Shown: one piece after another, positions 7,385 through 18,957 of the stretch
How positions within the stretch are numbered: the stretch's first letter is position 1
How the letters are laid out: the number at the start of each line of letters is the position of its first letter
Assembly (NCBI GenBank): GCA_016179045.1
Contig: JACOSL010000039.1
Location: 45,439 to 109,438, forward strand
DNA from: Fimbriimonas ginsengisoli
Lineage (GTDB): Bacteria; Armatimonadota; Fimbriimonadia; Fimbriimonadales; Fimbriimonadaceae
Direction of reading: 5' to 3'
DNA length: 64,000 bases
Made by a program: the position numbers and the translations under genes
The notes under the pieces: model-generated
The model's database searches: none
What the model was told of the DNA's origin: nothing
What the model saw: the letters and a program-made list of their open reading frames with translations, nothing else

Positions 7385-8494
7385 ATGATCGCCTTCCTCG
7401 CCGTCCTCGCCCCGCCCGACGCGCCCGCCATCCTCGCCATCGAGCGGTTCAGCACGTTTATGCGCGGCCTGCCCCAGGCGGAGGTGCAAGTCGCGGTGAA
7501 GACCTCGAGAATGCCGCAGGGAGGCGAGGGACGCATTCTGATTTCCCGGCCGGGCGATTGCGCGTACCGCCTCACCTTCGGCAAGGAGCGCTTCGAATTT
7601 GGCCAGTCTCACGGAGAATGCGTGGAGGTCTACACCCCCACCCATGGGTTCGACGACTATCTGACAGCGCCGGAGATCGAATCGCCGTCCTTCCGCATGT
7701 CGGGAATTGGGATGAGGCTTGCATATCCCGACTACATCGCCCTCGGCAGCATCCGGGCGGCGCTATCGAAAGGCGCTTCGTATCGATATGGCGGGCGCTC
7801 GAAGACAGGCGGAACTCCAGTAGATCTGGTGAATGTGGTTCTGAATACGCCCGCAGGGACACGCTACGCGAAGCTCTTCCTAGCTGACGACGGCCGCCTC
7901 TTGCGCGACGAGGAGACGTGGGATTTCATCGGGGGCCGGCTCACCCGTACCTTGGAAATCAAGTCCTATAAACTCAATGCGAACTCCGCTACCGCGCAAT
8001 TCGCGATCAAGGTCCCACGGGGGTTTTCGCCTTTCACCACCCCGCCCGAGCCGCAGCCCCTTGGGCTGGACAATGCCCTCCCGTCGGGCTCGGTGGTCGA
8101 ATTCGGCTCCGGTCGGCGAAAGCCTGTGGCGGACGCGGTGGGAAAGCCGGGGCTGCTCGTCGTTACCGATCCAGCCTGGGCGGCCTCCACGATCGGCGCC
8201 CAAGCCCTTGCAGAAGCGGGCAAGTTGCTGGCAGAGTTCCGCGGCAACGTGACCTTGCTTGCGGCTACGAGGGGCCCATCCGCGCTCCCGACCGACTTTT
8301 TGTATGATCCGACCGGCGCCGTCCTGGCCGCCCTGTCGCCGCCGGGCTACCCAATGTTCTATCTGGTCGATAAAGAGGGGAAGATCGAGCGCATGTGGCT
8401 AGGATTCAACCCGAAGGAGACCAAGCTGATGATGCGCGAAATGCGGGGCGCGCTGGAGAAGGGAGACGAAACGCGCCGCTTCCCTCGCCCGTAA
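7385..8494 (+). CDS. hypothetical protein, LolA-like N-terminal half and thioredoxin-fold-like C-terminal half without CxxC
   Basis: The start is moved to the ATG at 7385 (AGGAG 14 nt upstream) because the track N-terminus is translated through the 7283 hairpin. The C-terminal GLLVVTDPAW...YPMFYLVDKEGKIERMWLGF resembles TlpA/redoxin beta-alpha-beta topology, but no redox cysteines are present. The fold assignment is by pattern only. Confidence 0.5.
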   Translation: MIAFLAVLAPPDAPAILAIERFSTFMRGLPQAEVQVAVKTSRMPQGGEGRILISRPGDCAYRLTFGKERFEFGQSHGECVEVYTPTHGFDDYLTAPEIESPSFRMSGIGMRLAYPDYIALGSIRAALSKGASYRYGGRSKTGGTPVDLVNVVLNTPAGTRYAKLFLADDGRLLRDEETWDFIGGRLTRTLEIKSYKLNANSATAQFAIKVPRGFSPFTTPPEPQPLGLDNALPSGSVVEFGSGRRKPVADAVGKPGLLVVTDPAWAASTIGAQALAEAGKLLAEFRGNVTLLAATRGPSALPTDFLYDPTGAVLAALSPPGYPMFYLVDKEGKIERMWLGFNPKETKLMMREMRGALEKGDETRRFPRP

Positions 8495-8515
8495 CGCTCG
8501 GGTGGAGATGGGGAG

Positions 8516-9436
8516 ATGATAAATCCGCTTCCGGGAATCGTGTTCGCGGTGCTTGCCGGGCTGGGGTGGCTTCTGTTTGGGGGCACGATCGCTCAATCGG
8601 GCGGCGTTCTCTATGCCGGTTGGCTGTTGGCAAGCGGGCTGGCCGCGTCGAGTCTGCGCCTCGCCGCGCAGTGGGAAAAGGCGCTCGTGTTTCGGCTTGG
8701 CCGGTTTCGCTCGACGAGGGGACCGGGGATTTTCACGGTCATGCCGTTGCTCGATTCGGTTCGGCTCGTCGATACGCGCATCCTCACCCTCGCGATCCCG
8801 ATGCAGCAGGCGATCACGAAGGACAACGTGCCCGTTTCGCTCGACGGCGTGATATTCCTTAAAGTGGAAAACCCGGCGGACGCGATCATCCGGGTTCAGG
8901 ACTTCATGCACGCCATACGCCAATACGCCCAGACCGCCCTGCGCGACGTGATCGGCTCAATCACCCTCGACGAAATCCTTGCCGACCGCGAGGGCGTCGG
9001 CAAGCGCAGCGGGCAGATGGTGGACCAGGAGATCGTGGGCTGGGGCCTACAGGTGGCCGCGATCCGCATCCAAGACCTCATCCTGCCCGAAGACCTCAAA
9101 AAGGTGATGGCGCGCCAGGCCTCCGCCGAGCGTGAGAAGCGCGCGAACATCACCAAGTCGGAAGGCGACCGCCTCGCGGCGGAAAACCTTGCCGCTGCGG
9201 CGTCTACGATGGCGACCAGCCCGGGCGCGCTGCAGCTCCGGACGCTCCAGACGCTGGACAGCCTGGGCACATCGACTTCGAACACGGTCGTGCTCGCGGT
9301 GCCGGTGGAGGTCATGCAGGCGATCCAGGCCCTGCCGGGCCTTGCCTCCGTCCTCGGGCCGAAGGCGCTTGAAGCGCCCGCCGCGCCGGCTTCTCCAGCG
9401 CCCGCCAAGGCAACCGCCCGCGAGCATAAGGCCTAG
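8516..9436 (+). CDS. SPFH/band-7 (stomatin-like) membrane protein
   Basis: Two N-terminal TM helices followed by the SPFH core (EKALVFRLGRF...TKDNVPVSLDGVIFLKV...YAQTALRDVIGSITLDEILADRE...ILPEDLKKVMARQASAEREKRA). Confidence 0.88.
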   Translation: MINPLPGIVFAVLAGLGWLLFGGTIAQSGGVLYAGWLLASGLAASSLRLAAQWEKALVFRLGRFRSTRGPGIFTVMPLLDSVRLVDTRILTLAIPMQQAITKDNVPVSLDGVIFLKVENPADAIIRVQDFMHAIRQYAQTALRDVIGSITLDEILADREGVGKRSGQMVDQEIVGWGLQVAAIRIQDLILPEDLKKVMARQASAEREKRANITKSEGDRLAAENLAAAASTMATSPGALQLRTLQTLDSLGTSTSNTVVLAVPVEVMQAIQALPGLASVLGPKALEAPAAPASPAPAKATAREHKA

Positions 9437-9455
9437 CGCGCCATACTTAATAGGT

Positions 9456-9911
9456 ATGCGGGAGATAAAAGGACGCATGGACGCGTCCGGCAAGCGCTTT
9501 GTGGTGATCGTCAGCCGGTGGAATGAGCTGGTCACCAGCGCTCTCTTATCCGGGGCGCTCGACGAACTGGCCCGCCACGGCGAGCCGGAAGTCGAGGTCA
9601 TCCACGTTCCCGGCGCGTGGGAGATTCCCGCCGCGGCGAGCGCGGCGATCGAGAAGAAGCCCCCAAGCGCGATTTTGGCGCTCGGATGCATCCTGCAGGG
9701 CGAGACTCCCCACGCGGGCAACCTCGCCGCCGAGGTGGGGTCGGCTCTGATGCGGATGCAGGTCGAAAAGCACCTACCCATCGCTTGGGGCATCCTCACG
9801 CCCGACAGCGTCGAGCAGGCACTGGATCGGGCTGGGCTCAAGCACGGGAACAAGGGCCGCGAAGCGGCGTTGGCGGCGATTGAGATGGCGGATCTGTTGG
9901 GAAGGCTCTGA
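9456..9911 (+). CDS. ribH: 6,7-dimethyl-8-ribityllumazine synthase
   Basis: In-frame ATG at 9456 inside the 9132..9911 track ORF. KRFVVIVSRWNELVTSALLSGA, HVPGAWEIP, LGCILQGETPH and GNKGREAALAAIEM are the family blocks. Confidence 0.9.
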   Translation: MREIKGRMDASGKRFVVIVSRWNELVTSALLSGALDELARHGEPEVEVIHVPGAWEIPAAASAAIEKKPPSAILALGCILQGETPHAGNLAAEVGSALMRMQVEKHLPIAWGILTPDSVEQALDRAGLKHGNKGREAALAAIEMADLLGRL

Positions 9912-9913
9912 GT

Positions 9914-10696
9914 TTGTTCGAGTTTCGAACGGCCCACACGTTGTTAGAACTGACCCTGCTGTTTTTCGTGGGCGCTGTCGCCTCTGCGATCAACGCGGTC
10001 GCGGGCGGAGGTTCGCTGCTGACCTACCCGTTCCTAACCGTAGGCTTGGGGATCGCGCCGGTGACGGCGAACGCTTCGAATTCAGTAGCCCTTTGGCCCG
10101 GTTCGCTTGCGGGCGCCCTTGGATTGCTGAACCAGCTGGCGCGAACGGGAAGGTACTTCTGGAAGTTCGCCCTGCCGACCGCGATCGGCGCGGCGGTTGG
10201 CGCCGAACTGCTGGTGCACACGAGCCAGCGGTCGTTCGTGCGGATCGTACCGTGGCTGATTCTGATTTCCGCGGTCGTCATCGCCGCGCAACCTAGGATT
10301 AAGACCTGGACAACTACGGTTAGCCACCATGCCTCCTCCGTCTGGAGTCTGGGGCTTCAGGTCCTGGTCGCGATCTACGGCGGCTACTTCGGCGCGGGCA
10401 TGGGGATCATGATGCTCGCCGCGTTCGCTCTGAGCGTCGAGGGCGATATCCACGAACTGAACGCGATCAAGAACTGGCTGGCGCTGCTGATCAACCTGGT
10501 TGCGTCGGTGTATTTCATTTCCGTCGGGATCGTGCTGGTCCACATAGCCCTCGTGCTGGCGGCGGGCGCGATCGTGGGCGGGCTCGTAGCCGCGCGGTTG
10601 TCGCAACGCATCGAATCGGAACGGCTCAGGGTCGCCATCGCGATCTACGGGTTCGCGATGGCGGCGTTCTTCTTCTATCGCGCTCTCGGCGCCTAG
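9914..10696 (+). CDS. TauE/SafE family sulfite/anion exporter membrane protein
   Basis: About 8 TM helices with the duplicated GGGS/GxG motifs (AVAGGGSLLTYP, GGYFGAGMGIMML) typical of DUF81/TauE. TTG start. Confidence 0.8.
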   Translation: MFEFRTAHTLLELTLLFFVGAVASAINAVAGGGSLLTYPFLTVGLGIAPVTANASNSVALWPGSLAGALGLLNQLARTGRYFWKFALPTAIGAAVGAELLVHTSQRSFVRIVPWLILISAVVIAAQPRIKTWTTTVSHHASSVWSLGLQVLVAIYGGYFGAGMGIMMLAAFALSVEGDIHELNAIKNWLALLINLVASVYFISVGIVLVHIALVLAAGAIVGGLVAARLSQRIESERLRVAIAIYGFAMAAFFFYRALGA

Positions 10697-11730
10697 CGGA
10701 GCGCAATACCCCGCAACGCGTCGATGCTTCGCAGGTTTTTCCTTTCCATCAGGGTTACTAGACGCCGCAGCGCGAGCGGCACAAGACTTGGGCCGCGGTA
10801 CACCCAGCTCGTGTAGACCTGGCACAGATTCGCGCCATGGGCGATGCGTTCGTAAAGGTCGTCGCCGTCCATGATGCCGCCCACCCCGATCAAGACTACA
10901 TTTGGGTTGCAGGACTTGTAAAGGTGCGAGAGCACGTCGAGGGCGCGGTGCTTGAGGGGCCGCCCGGAAAGGCCGCCCGTCTCCCGCGGATCGCGGCGGA
11001 GCCCTTCACGCAAGGCGGTGGTGTTGGTTGCGATCAAGCCGGTCAGGTTCGCCTCGTGGACCGCTTCGATCACGCGGTCGAGCGCGGCGGTGTCGAGATC
11101 GGGCGACACCTTCACAAACAAAGGGCGGTCGGGGTTAACCTCGCGCAGGGCGTGGATTATCTCAAGCAGCGGCCCTTTCTCTTGAAGCTCGGTGAGACCC
11201 GGCGTGTTGGGCGAGGACACGTTGATCGCGAAGTACGCGCCAAACGAGTGGAGACTCCGAAACGCCTCTTGATAGTCTTTTGCGGCTTGTTCGAAGGGGG
11301 CGGTACGGGACTTGCCGATGTTGATGCCATAGGGCAGTTGCGGGTTTGAGGTTGAGATGTTGCGTGAGACTTGATGGGCGCCTTCGTTGTTGAAGCCCAT
11401 CCGGTTGATGAGCGCCTGGTCCCTCGGCAGGCGGAAGAGTCGGGGCTTCGGGTTACCCGGCTGAGGCTGGGCGGTCACGGTGCCCACTTCGACAAAGCCA
11501 AAGCCAAGCTGGTGCCAATGAGCGAGCGCCTGGGCGCTCTTGTCGAATCCGGCGGCCAAGCCAAGCGGACTCTGGAAGTACACGCCGAAGAGCGTCTGGC
11601 GCAATAGGCGGTGGTAGGAGGGCCGCGCACGCACCAAGCCGTGACGGATAAACCAAAAGCCCAGGCTGTGCGCCCTTTCCGGGTCCAGGCGAAACAGGAG
11701 AGGCTTCGCCGCCGACTCGTAGAAACCCAT
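10693..11730 (-). CDS. pyrD: dihydroorotate dehydrogenase (quinone), class 2
   Basis: LLFRLDPERAHSL N-terminal quinone-site helix, GLAAGFDK, GFGFVEVGTVT, INIGK, NVSSPNTPGL, and GLSG and GVGGI near the C-terminus. Confidence 0.9.
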   Translation of the reverse strand: MGFYESAAKPLLFRLDPERAHSLGFWFIRHGLVRARPSYHRLLRQTLFGVYFQSPLGLAAGFDKSAQALAHWHQLGFGFVEVGTVTAQPQPGNPKPRLFRLPRDQALINRMGFNNEGAHQVSRNISTSNPQLPYGINIGKSRTAPFEQAAKDYQEAFRSLHSFGAYFAINVSSPNTPGLTELQEKGPLLEIIHALREVNPDRPLFVKVSPDLDTAALDRVIEAVHEANLTGLIATNTTALREGLRRDPRETGGLSGRPLKHRALDVLSHLYKSCNPNVVLIGVGGIMDGDDLYERIAHGANLCQVYTSWVYRGPSLVPLALRRLVTLMERKNLRSIDALRGIALR

Positions 11731-11853
11731 CCCTTTGCGCGATTATGCATCTGGCAAGGCCAGATCATCCTAGGACGCACGCCACTGCATCCAAGGACAC
11801 TCGCAAGCGGGCAGAATGGCCAACGAGTCGGGTAGACTCTAGGTTCAATTTGA

Positions 11854-14016
<2,163 letters not shown>

Positions 14017-14192
14017 GGGCGGCAGTTCGACACCTAGCGCCAGAGCGCAACGAGTACGGGGCGCACTCAAGCAAAGTGTCGACGATCATTCTCATATTCG
14101 TAGTACGCTATAACCATGCATGAGGCGTATTAGCAGCTATCGCTGATACCGCGGAGCGGCCAATCGCGCGACTCCGAGGCTCGCTACAACCC

Positions 14193-16289
14193 ATGGAAGC
14201 CCACCTACGACGCCTCACGCTGCTTCGTCAGGCCCTCGACGATTCTAAGGCTGAGTTCCGACCGGGCCAGGAGGACGCCGTCCAAGCTGTGTTCACACCG
14301 CCTTTTCGAGCGGTCGTGGTGCAGGCTACGGGCTGGGGCAAGAGCATGGTGTATTTCCTGGCAACGAGAATGTTGCGCGACCAGGGTAAGGGTCCCACTT
14401 TGGTGATTTCACCATTGCTTTCGCTCATGCGCGATCAACTGCGAGCGGCGTCGAGGCTGGGTCTGAAGGCGGCGCACTACACGAGCGGAAACGAAGAGGA
14501 CTGGCCAGCCGTTGAAGCTGATCTCAAAAAGGGCGTCACCGACCTTCTTCTGATTTCGCCCGAGCGACTAGCCAGCGATTCGTTTCGCGACTTGATCGCG
14601 TCATCCAGCCTTGCCAAGGTCGGCCTCGTCGTGATCGACGAGGCCCACTGCATCTCAGATTGGGGCCATGATTTTCGCCCCGACTACCAGAGGCTTGGTG
14701 CGATGATTCGCAAACTTCCGCCTACCACTTCGGTTTTGGCGACTACCGCCACCGCGAATAGTCGAGTCGTTGAGGATATTCAAGCTCAAATCGGACCCGC
14801 CACCAAGACCCTACGCGGCTCGCTGGCACGCAAGAGTCTTCGACTGCAGGTCGTCGCCGGCCTGGACGTGGCAGAGCGTCTGGCGTGGCTTTCGGACCAT
14901 CTCGACGACCTGCCCGGCAGCGGCATCATCTACACCCTGACAATACGCGATGCGGAGCGCGTGGCACGATGGCTACAAAGTCGAGGCCACGCGGTGTTGG
15001 CTTACCATGCCCGCCTCGGAGAGACAAGAGGCGGTGACGAAGAACGGGTTGAACGAGAAGACCTGCTTCTGAAAAACGATGTGAAGGCTCTCGTGTCGAC
15101 CGTCGCGCTGGGCATGGGCTTCGACAAACCCGATCTGGGCTTTGTCGTCCACTACCAGAGCCCGGGGAATCTCGTTGCCTACTACCAACAGATTGGCCGA
15201 GCAGGACGCGCCATTGATGACGCCGTCGCAGTCCTCTTCATGGCGAACGAGGATGCGGATATCCACCGCTGGTTTGTGGAGAACGCCCGGCCGCATGAGG
15301 CGGGTGTGAGGGCAGTCTTGGACACGCTCGAAAATGGGCCGCGCAGTATAGCCAGGTTGGCCAACGCTTTGAATTTGACCAGGCGGGAGATCGAGAGGAT
15401 TCTAACGACTCTAAGCGTGACCACTCCGTCGCCCGTTGTCAAAGTTGGCCGCGACTGGCAACGAACGCTGGTGCTTTACACGCAGGATGTCGAACGCGAG
15501 AAGAGGCTGAAGGAGCGCCGCTCCCTTGAGCGTGCAAAATTCGAAGACTTCGCCAAGACTGGGAAGTGCCTCATGATGGTCGTTCGAGAGGAATTGGATG
15601 ATCCGTCGGCCGAACCCTGCGGACGCTGCGCCAATTGCCTCAATGCTGAGATATTGCCGTCGACGTTCGACCCTGACACCCTTCAGTCCGCCCTGCTCTT
15701 CCTGCGCCGAAGCGAGGTTCCCATTCAACCTCGCAAGCTGTGGCCGGCCAAGGCCTTGACGAAGTACGGGTTCACGGGCAAAATCCCCGACCAGAATCGG
15801 TGCCGAGAAGGGCTCTGCCTATCGCTATGGGGCGACCCGGGAGTCGCGCGCTGGGTGAGGGAGGACAAGCTACGGGGCCATTACCGCGATGAGCTTGTTG
15901 ATGCCGCTGTGGAGGCCATCCGCCGGTCACCGTTCGACAACTTAGGATGGATATGTGCGGTACCCTCCCTTCGCAGCCTGACGGCTGTCCCTAACTTCGT
16001 TCGGAGGCTTGCATCGGCGCTCGGCTTGCCCTTCGCTGACGCCGTGTCCAAGATCAAGGAGACCGAACCGCAGAAGAAGCAGCTGAACAGCTTCCACCAG
16101 GCGGCCAACTTGGACGGCGCTTTCGCTGTTGGTGACTGTCCGCCAGGAACCGCCCTGCTGGTGGATGACCTGGTCGATTCGGGCTGGACGTTTGCGATCA
16201 TCGGAGCATTGCTCGTCGAGGCAGGAGCAGGAGCCGTGATCCCACTCGCCCTTTGTTCGTCCAGGAGCCGAGGAGACGATGATGAGTGA
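14193..16289 (+). CDS. RecQ-family SF2 DNA helicase fused to a C-terminal ComF/ComFC-type phosphoribosyltransferase-like domain
   Basis: Helicase motifs: Walker A QATGWGKSMVY, the RecQ signature VVIDEAHCISDWGHDFRPDYQRL, ATTATAN, STVALGMGFDKPDLGFVVHY, YQQIGRAGRA and the Zn knuckle CGRCANC. The C-terminus carries the PRPP-loop motif LLVDDLVDSGWTFA. Confidence 0.85.
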   Translation: MEAHLRRLTLLRQALDDSKAEFRPGQEDAVQAVFTPPFRAVVVQATGWGKSMVYFLATRMLRDQGKGPTLVISPLLSLMRDQLRAASRLGLKAAHYTSGNEEDWPAVEADLKKGVTDLLLISPERLASDSFRDLIASSSLAKVGLVVIDEAHCISDWGHDFRPDYQRLGAMIRKLPPTTSVLATTATANSRVVEDIQAQIGPATKTLRGSLARKSLRLQVVAGLDVAERLAWLSDHLDDLPGSGIIYTLTIRDAERVARWLQSRGHAVLAYHARLGETRGGDEERVEREDLLLKNDVKALVSTVALGMGFDKPDLGFVVHYQSPGNLVAYYQQIGRAGRAIDDAVAVLFMANEDADIHRWFVENARPHEAGVRAVLDTLENGPRSIARLANALNLTRREIERILTTLSVTTPSPVVKVGRDWQRTLVLYTQDVEREKRLKERRSLERAKFEDFAKTGKCLMMVVREELDDPSAEPCGRCANCLNAEILPSTFDPDTLQSALLFLRRSEVPIQPRKLWPAKALTKYGFTGKIPDQNRCREGLCLSLWGDPGVARWVREDKLRGHYRDELVDAAVEAIRRSPFDNLGWICAVPSLRSLTAVPNFVRRLASALGLPFADAVSKIKETEPQKKQLNSFHQAANLDGAFAVGDCPPGTALLVDDLVDSGWTFAIIGALLVEAGAGAVIPLALCSSRSRGDDDE

Positions 16290-17325
16290 ACAGAGCCATA
16301 CGACACAGCTGGCGATCCTGCTAACCGCGCGCTGGTCCGCAAACGGCTCGACACCGCTCTCGAACTCCGAATTCTTTGAGTTGCGTCGATGGATGGGAAC
16401 GGCTGAAGAGTCGGCCGAGGCCCTGCTGCTGGGAAACAGGGACCTTCAGGGCTGCCCAATCGAGCGAGAACGCCTAGATGCGCTACTTCACCGGGGACTC
16501 GGCGTCTTCCAATCGATCGACCGATGGCTGCAGGCTGGCCTGTGGGTCAGGTCCTCGGCAGATGCCGGGTATCCCGCACGGTTCGCGCAATTGAAGCACC
16601 GGGCGCCCGTCTTGCTGTTCGGTTGCGGGGATCCAAATGCGTTCGGCGATCGCGCCTTGGCCATCGTAGGCTCTAGGAACGCTTCAGACGAGCGTCTCTC
16701 TAAAGCTGCTGAGGTTGGCCGGGCCTGCTCTCAATCGAGCATAACGGTCGTATCTGGAGGGGCCAAGGGAGTTGATTCCGCTGCGATGGCAGCGGCGGTG
16801 GCTGGTCGTGGCACCGTCGTAGGCATACTCGCCGACTCTCTGTTGAGGGAGGCGGGCCAAAAGATGTATCGCGAGGCGATCCTGGATGGTCGGATGTGCC
16901 TGATGTCCGAAGTGCACCCCGAGGCAAGATTCGACGTCGGTACCGCGATGGCCAGAAACCGGCTAGCCTACGCCTGCGCGGAAGCCACCCTGGTAGTCGA
17001 ATGCGACCCGAACAAGGGCGGTACTTGGGCAGGGGCCATCGGGGCTCTCAGAGAGGGCAAATCAGTGTACGTGTTGCAGGGTGCCCGGGCGGAAGGCTTG
17101 CTTGAAGCCAAGGGCGCCGTTTGCCTCTCGATCGAGGATGCTTTGCAGCCCGAGCGTCTCATCGCAGGAGCACGGCCGCCTGCCGACGCCCAAATGGAGC
17201 CGTCGCTGTTCGATATTGAGCCCGAAGTCGATGCGTCTCAGCTCGCACCTCAGGTTATTTCGCGCGCTGTGTCTACTCGCCCTGGCGGAAAAAGTCGCGG
17301 TGGTGGCGTACGCCCTCCGGGGTGA
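16279..17325 (+). CDS. DprA/Smf-like (SLOG Rossmann) DNA-processing protein
   Basis: Start ATGATGAGTGA overlaps the last 11 nt of the helicase gene. Family blocks: YPARFAQLKHRAPVLLFGCGD, ALAIVGSRNAS, VVSGGAKGVDSAAMAAA, GTVVGILADSL and FDVGTAMARNRLAYA. The 3' end overlaps convergent yraN by 53 nt. Confidence 0.8.
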   Translation: MMSEQSHTTQLAILLTARWSANGSTPLSNSEFFELRRWMGTAEESAEALLLGNRDLQGCPIERERLDALLHRGLGVFQSIDRWLQAGLWVRSSADAGYPARFAQLKHRAPVLLFGCGDPNAFGDRALAIVGSRNASDERLSKAAEVGRACSQSSITVVSGGAKGVDSAAMAAAVAGRGTVVGILADSLLREAGQKMYREAILDGRMCLMSEVHPEARFDVGTAMARNRLAYACAEATLVVECDPNKGGTWAGAIGALREGKSVYVLQGARAEGLLEAKGAVCLSIEDALQPERLIAGARPPADAQMEPSLFDIEPEVDASQLAPQVISRAVSTRPGGKSRGGGVRPPG

Positions 17326-17620
17326 TGGCGACGAGATCGAACCGGATCGGACGGTCGCGCTCGTGCATCGCCGCCATGTAGGCGTCGGCGGCGGCCGAAA
17401 GCCTTGCCGCTTTGCGGTCGTCGATCGCCTCCTCCGGCGAGCCGCGCGGACCCCGGCTCTTGACCTCCACGAACACGAGGGTTTCGCCATCGAGGGCGAT
17501 AAGGTCGATCTCCCCTCCCCGCGCCGTGTAACGCCTGGTCACGAGCGTCAGGCCCTGTTCGAGCAGGAAGGCGGCGGCTCGATCCTCCGCCTCGCGGCCT
17601 AATCGACGAAGATCAGGCAC
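17273..17620 (-). CDS. yraN: YraN family (UPF0102) endonuclease-like protein
   Basis: [51 protein letters not shown] is the PD-(D/E)xK-like UPF0102 core. It follows rnhB, as in many genomes. Confidence 0.85.
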   Translation of the reverse strand: MPDLRRLGREAEDRAAAFLLEQGLTLVTRRYTARGGEIDLIALDGETLVFVEVKSRGPRGSPEEAIDDRKAARLSAAADAYMAAMHERDRPIRFDLVAITPEGVRHHRDFFRQGE

Positions 17621-18207
17621 GGATGCTCCGCCTCCTGAACGGGCGCGAACGAGCGGCGGTGGATCGGGCAGGGGCCGAGGCGCCGGAGTGCCTCGAAATG
17701 CTGGGGGGTCGAGTATCCGAAGTGCTCCTCGAAGCCATAACCGGGGTGCACGACGGCCAGATCGCGCATGAGCGCATCGCGGTGGGTCTTGGCGATGATC
17801 GAGGCGGCGGCAACACAGGCCAAGGTGGCGTCCGCCTTGATGACCGCGCTCGCCATCCCTTGCAGGGAGTAGGGCAGCCGGTTGCCGTCGACAAAAATGG
17901 CCTCTGGAGTCAAAGCGAGGCTCCGCACGGCGCGCTCCATGCCAAGCATCGTCGCCTGCAGGATGTTGAAGCGATCGATTTCGGCCACATCCACCTCGAC
18001 CACCGCCCAGGCGGCGCCTTCCTTGATTCGAGCTGCTTGCTCCTCACGCTCGGCCGGGGTCAACTTCTTGGAGTCGTTCAAGCCGCGGCAGTTGAACCTC
18101 AGCGGAAGGATGACGGCGGCGACCACGACCGGCCCCGCGAGCGGCCCCCGGCCGGCCTCGTCCACCCCCGCCGCGCCCGGAATATGTTTAAGCCGCCCCC
18201 GCCCCAT
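17599..18207 (-). CDS. rnhB: ribonuclease HII
   Basis: [29 protein letters not shown] and HPGYGF..H.GY blocks. Confidence 0.9.
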   Translation of the reverse strand: MGRGRLKHIPGAAGVDEAGRGPLAGPVVVAAVILPLRFNCRGLNDSKKLTPAEREEQAARIKEGAAWAVVEVDVAEIDRFNILQATMLGMERAVRSLALTPEAIFVDGNRLPYSLQGMASAVIKADATLACVAAASIIAKTHRDALMRDLAVVHPGYGFEEHFGYSTPQHFEALRRLGPCPIHRRSFAPVQEAEHPCLIFVD

Positions 18208-18216
18208 GGGGCGGGT

Positions 18217-18903
18217 TTACCCCGCCGCGCGAGGCATTTCGCGTGGCGTCGCGGCAAGCGATACCGGCTCGAACTCGACGCCGAAAACTTCCTCAAACGC
18301 ACGTCGCACGGTCGGCTTGGCATCCTCCATCGTCACCGTCCTGCCAACCTCGCAGGATAGGCTGGTGACGCCGTAGCCCTTGATGCCGCAGGGCACGATG
18401 AGCTGGAAGGGCGAGAGATCGTTGTCGCAGTTGAGGGCGACGCCGTGCATCGAGACCCAGCGCCTGATCTTCACCCCGATTGCGGCGAGCTTCCGCTCGC
18501 CGACCCAAACCCCGGTGTGGGGCGAAAAGCGGCGGGCCTCCACGCCAAACTCGGCGGCGGCGAGGATGATCGTCTGCTCGAGATCGCGCATCCAGCGATG
18601 GAGGTCCTTGCCGTGGCGGGCGACGTCGAAAATCGGATAGACCACGAGTTGGCGCGGGCCATGGAAGGTGACGTCGCCGCCCCGGTCGGTGCGGACCACC
18701 TCGATGCCCTTCTTGGCGTAATCGGCAGGGGTGAAGAGCAAATTGTCGGCGTGAAATCCCGCGCCGAGGGTTAGCACCGCCGGATGCTCGACGAAAATGA
18801 GCACGCCAGGCGAGCCGGACGCCACCTGCTCGAGCACTTCGGCCTGAAGCTCCGCGCAAGGCCCGTAGGCGAGCGTTCCCAAATCGGCAAGGCCGTACTT
18901 CAA
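18217..18903 (-). CDS. lipB: lipoyl(octanoyl) transferase
   Basis: FVEHPAVLTLG, RGGDVTFHGPRQLVVYP, KLAAIGVKIRRWVSMHGVALN and PCGI blocks. Confidence 0.88.
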   Translation of the reverse strand: MKYGLADLGTLAYGPCAELQAEVLEQVASGSPGVLIFVEHPAVLTLGAGFHADNLLFTPADYAKKGIEVVRTDRGGDVTFHGPRQLVVYPIFDVARHGKDLHRWMRDLEQTIILAAAEFGVEARRFSPHTGVWVGERKLAAIGVKIRRWVSMHGVALNCDNDLSPFQLIVPCGIKGYGVTSLSCEVGRTVTMEDAKPTVRRAFEEVFGVEFEPVSLAATPREMPRAAG

Positions 18904-18957
18904 TTAGCCAGATTGTAGCAAGGGCGAACAACCCCCGTCATGAACTAGAATTCGGGT

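Noticed and set aside
6875-7645. 256-aa and 174-aa minus-strand ORFs across tmk and the next gene
   Set aside because: They lie antisense to tmk and to the 7385 gene, cross the intergenic hairpin and have low-complexity composition.
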